Origin: the human T2T-CHM13v2.0 reference genome, Homo sapiens
Direction: 5' to 3' (one strand)
Assembly (NCBI RefSeq): GCF_009914755.1
Contig: NC_060935.1
Length of the DNA stretch: 64,000 bases
Part shown: piece after piece, positions 61,343 through 64,000 of the stretch
Numbering within the stretch: the first letter of the stretch is position 1
Layout of the letters: every line of letters starts with the position of its first letter
The notes under the pieces: model-generated
What the model saw: the letters and a program-made list of their open reading frames with translations, nothing else
Databases searched by the model: none
What the model was told of the DNA's origin: nothing
Made by a program: the position numbers and the translations under genes

Positions 61343-62565
61343 GAGACAATATGATCTCTTGCCCTCATGAAATTTTCTGTCTGGTGGGGACGGGGAGAGA
61401 CACAGACAGAAAAAATACACAAATCAAAGAATTACAGTTCGCAATAAGGGCTATGAGGGAAACTAACAGGGGGCTGAGGTCAGGAACAGCAGGGCTGCCC
61501 CTGGGGAGGCCACAGGGACTGAGGCTGTAGGGGGCCTGGAAGCTGGACTTGAAACAGGAGCAGGAATGAGCTCCTCCGGCAAGGGCTCTGGGGGATCAGC
61601 CGTGTGTGAAGGTCCTGGGGTGGAAGGCGCAGCTGTATCCAAAGAACTGAAAAAAGCCCAGGGAAGCAGCAGCCTTGGGGAGGGGGAGCAGGGAGTCAGC
61701 CCACGCCTGGCTGGGAGCTAGGGCTGAATTCAGATCTCATGCCAAGTTCAGGGGAAAGCACACCAGGGGGCTTATCCGGGGCGACCCGCTGTGAGTCCAA
61801 CCTGAGATGGTGTGACCCGTCCTTTCTCCTGTAGGTCACGGGTCATCAGCCACATTGGGGCACGGTCTGACAGCTCTATCTGGCTGTCCTCAACCCTGTC
61901 CTTTAAGGTCTAAAAGCCACAGGTCAATCTAAGTTCTTTTCATAAATATTTCCAAGTTGTAAACCCAGGAGTATTTCTGAGCCATCCTGGACAAATCCCT
62001 CCTAAGTATTATTGCACATGCCCTCTGTGTCAGAAGCTGGTCAGACTGTTCGAGGACCCTTCCCAGGGTCAGGGTCCATGGCCAATATCACTTGCTCCAT
62101 TTCTCGCCTGCCTGCACCTGGGGAATGAGCTCAGCCACCCGCCTACGTGGGGTGCCAGGCGGCATGCAGACTCCTTACCAACGTGGAGAAGGCTTCCAGC
62201 TCACAGCCCTGACCTTGAGAGCTGCTTCCACATCCATTTCAATAGGCAGCATCTGAAAGAGAAAACCAGTCTCTTTTCAAGGCCCTTAAAGTGTTCATCT
62301 TGAAAGGGAAATTGCATTTTGCAAAGCACTGCTCATGCATCTGACATTTGTACATCTGGAAAACTGGGATTGCTTTATGTGGCGCCCAGTGAAATCCAGC
62401 TCCCCCTCTGCCTCCCACCCTCTCCCTTTCATGATCCTCTTCCCAGCTCCAATCCTGGACTCCCTGGGCCCTGGCCTCTGCCTGCAGCCCTCCTACCTTC
62501 TATGCATAATGCCCCATTTCCCAGCCATGTTAACCATCTTCCTCCGTGTATGAAAATCAGATTGT

Positions 62566-62889
<324 letters not shown>

Positions 62890-63740
62890 TTAAAAAAACA
62901 AAAACCGGCAAACAGACAAAACCCTTTCAGGGTGGAGGGATTTGGGAGCTGATTCTTTTCATGTACAATGAGGGTGTTCCTAGACGCCTTTCCAGGCCAT
63001 CTTTTTAGGCTAGATGTACACTCAGCAAACATTTGCCAAGCCCCTTCTGTGTCCCAAGCACCCCACCAGGACCTGGGGAAACAAAGCTGACTCAGTCCCT
63101 GCCCTTTGGGAGCCTGCAGCCGAGCTGGAAGGAGGGTTCTGCGCTGATTGCTCTGATTCATTGCATAGAATAATTTTTGTTTGTTTAGAAACATCATTCT
63201 ATTTTATAAAGACAAATGTCCACATTGTTGGACAAGAACCAAGAACCAGGTTCTTGGACAAGAGGCAAGAACTGGGTAAAAACACATGGACACATTCATT
63301 AAAAAAAAAAATAGTGAAAGAAGAGACTAAACATGCAGGTGTTGTCAACAAAAGCAATGATTTGCCATCAGGTCAGCATTTATGATTTACACGTTTAAAA
63401 TCTGCCATCAAAAGACAGTGCCAATTCCAGGCAAAACCTTCATCCTCTCCGCAGCTAGGGCTTGCAGAGCGCGCTCTGTAGGAGACTTCCCCTGAATCTC
63501 GGGAACCAGCCGTGCCCAGCACCCTGCCGGGGGCCTTCCTCGCCGCCTCTGTGCGCAGAGGTCTGTCTGCGGAGAGCTATTCTGGATCTCCTGAGGGTTT
63601 CCACTGGGCTCCTCCAGGCTACAGCACAGGCATCCCTCTTTCTTAGGTTACAGTGAACACAGTTCCCAAGATGTCTTTCATGCTCCAAGTTTTAAAAAAA
63701 GAAACAGAAATGAAAAGGAATCGCTGCCCTTCATCCTCCA

Positions 63741-63800
63741 ACCTGAGAGAGGCCCCTGTGAACCTGAGAGAAACCCCTGCGGACCTGAGAGGCACCTGCC
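63741..63800 (+). repeat. Short 21-bp tandem repeat, ~3 copies (ACCTGAGAG...CCCCTG)
   Basis: Units start at 63741, 63762 and 63783. Confidence 0.7.
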
Positions 63801-64000
63801 ATCCCGCTTCTGTGTCCTCTGCCCCACCCTGCTGGCCCCCTGCGCCCTCTTAGCCACATTCCTGCCAGAGACCAGCAGGGGACTGCACTTGCCAACTGGC
63901 CATGCGGGACAGTGGCTCCAAAGGGGCAAGAGAAGGCATGCGGGGGCCAGCTGGGTGAGAAGTGATGGCCACTTGGACTGAGGAGGCAGTGGAGCTACAG

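Overview
Human (primate) genomic DNA matching the KCNJ1-KCNJ5 locus on 11q24.3. The + strand holds the complete KCNJ5 gene (Kir3.4/GIRK4 inward-rectifier K+ channel): a non-coding exon 1 in a CpG island (~28.3-28.66 kb), coding exons 48207-49143 and 53334-53656 (419 aa), and a long 3'UTR to ~58.1 kb. At the left end, the - strand carries the promoter and first two 5'UTR exons of the divergent paralogue KCNJ1 (ROMK). Inside KCNJ5 intron 1, on the - strand, is C11orf45/KCNJ5-AS1, whose 145-codon ORF can be spliced together from three exons. The rest is typical repeat-rich sequence (Alu, L1/HAL1, L2, MIR, MaLR/ERVL LTRs, hAT MITEs). The most unusual structure is a MER1A DNA transposon with intact ends and a perfect 8-bp target-site duplication. 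Its interior has grown into a ~3.35-kb almost pure A/T array with nested inverted repeats (PATRR-like), ~0.5 kb upstream of the KCNJ1 start. Other candidates: a MER5A1-derived acceptor and start codon for C11orf45, an inverted-Alu pair in the KCNJ5 3'UTR gated by alternative polyadenylation, an intronic poly(A) signal that could give a truncated Kir3.4, strong-Kozak uORFs, and several templated-insertion scars. No new multi-gene system is evident. Gene and repeat-family names come from recognition, not from database searches.
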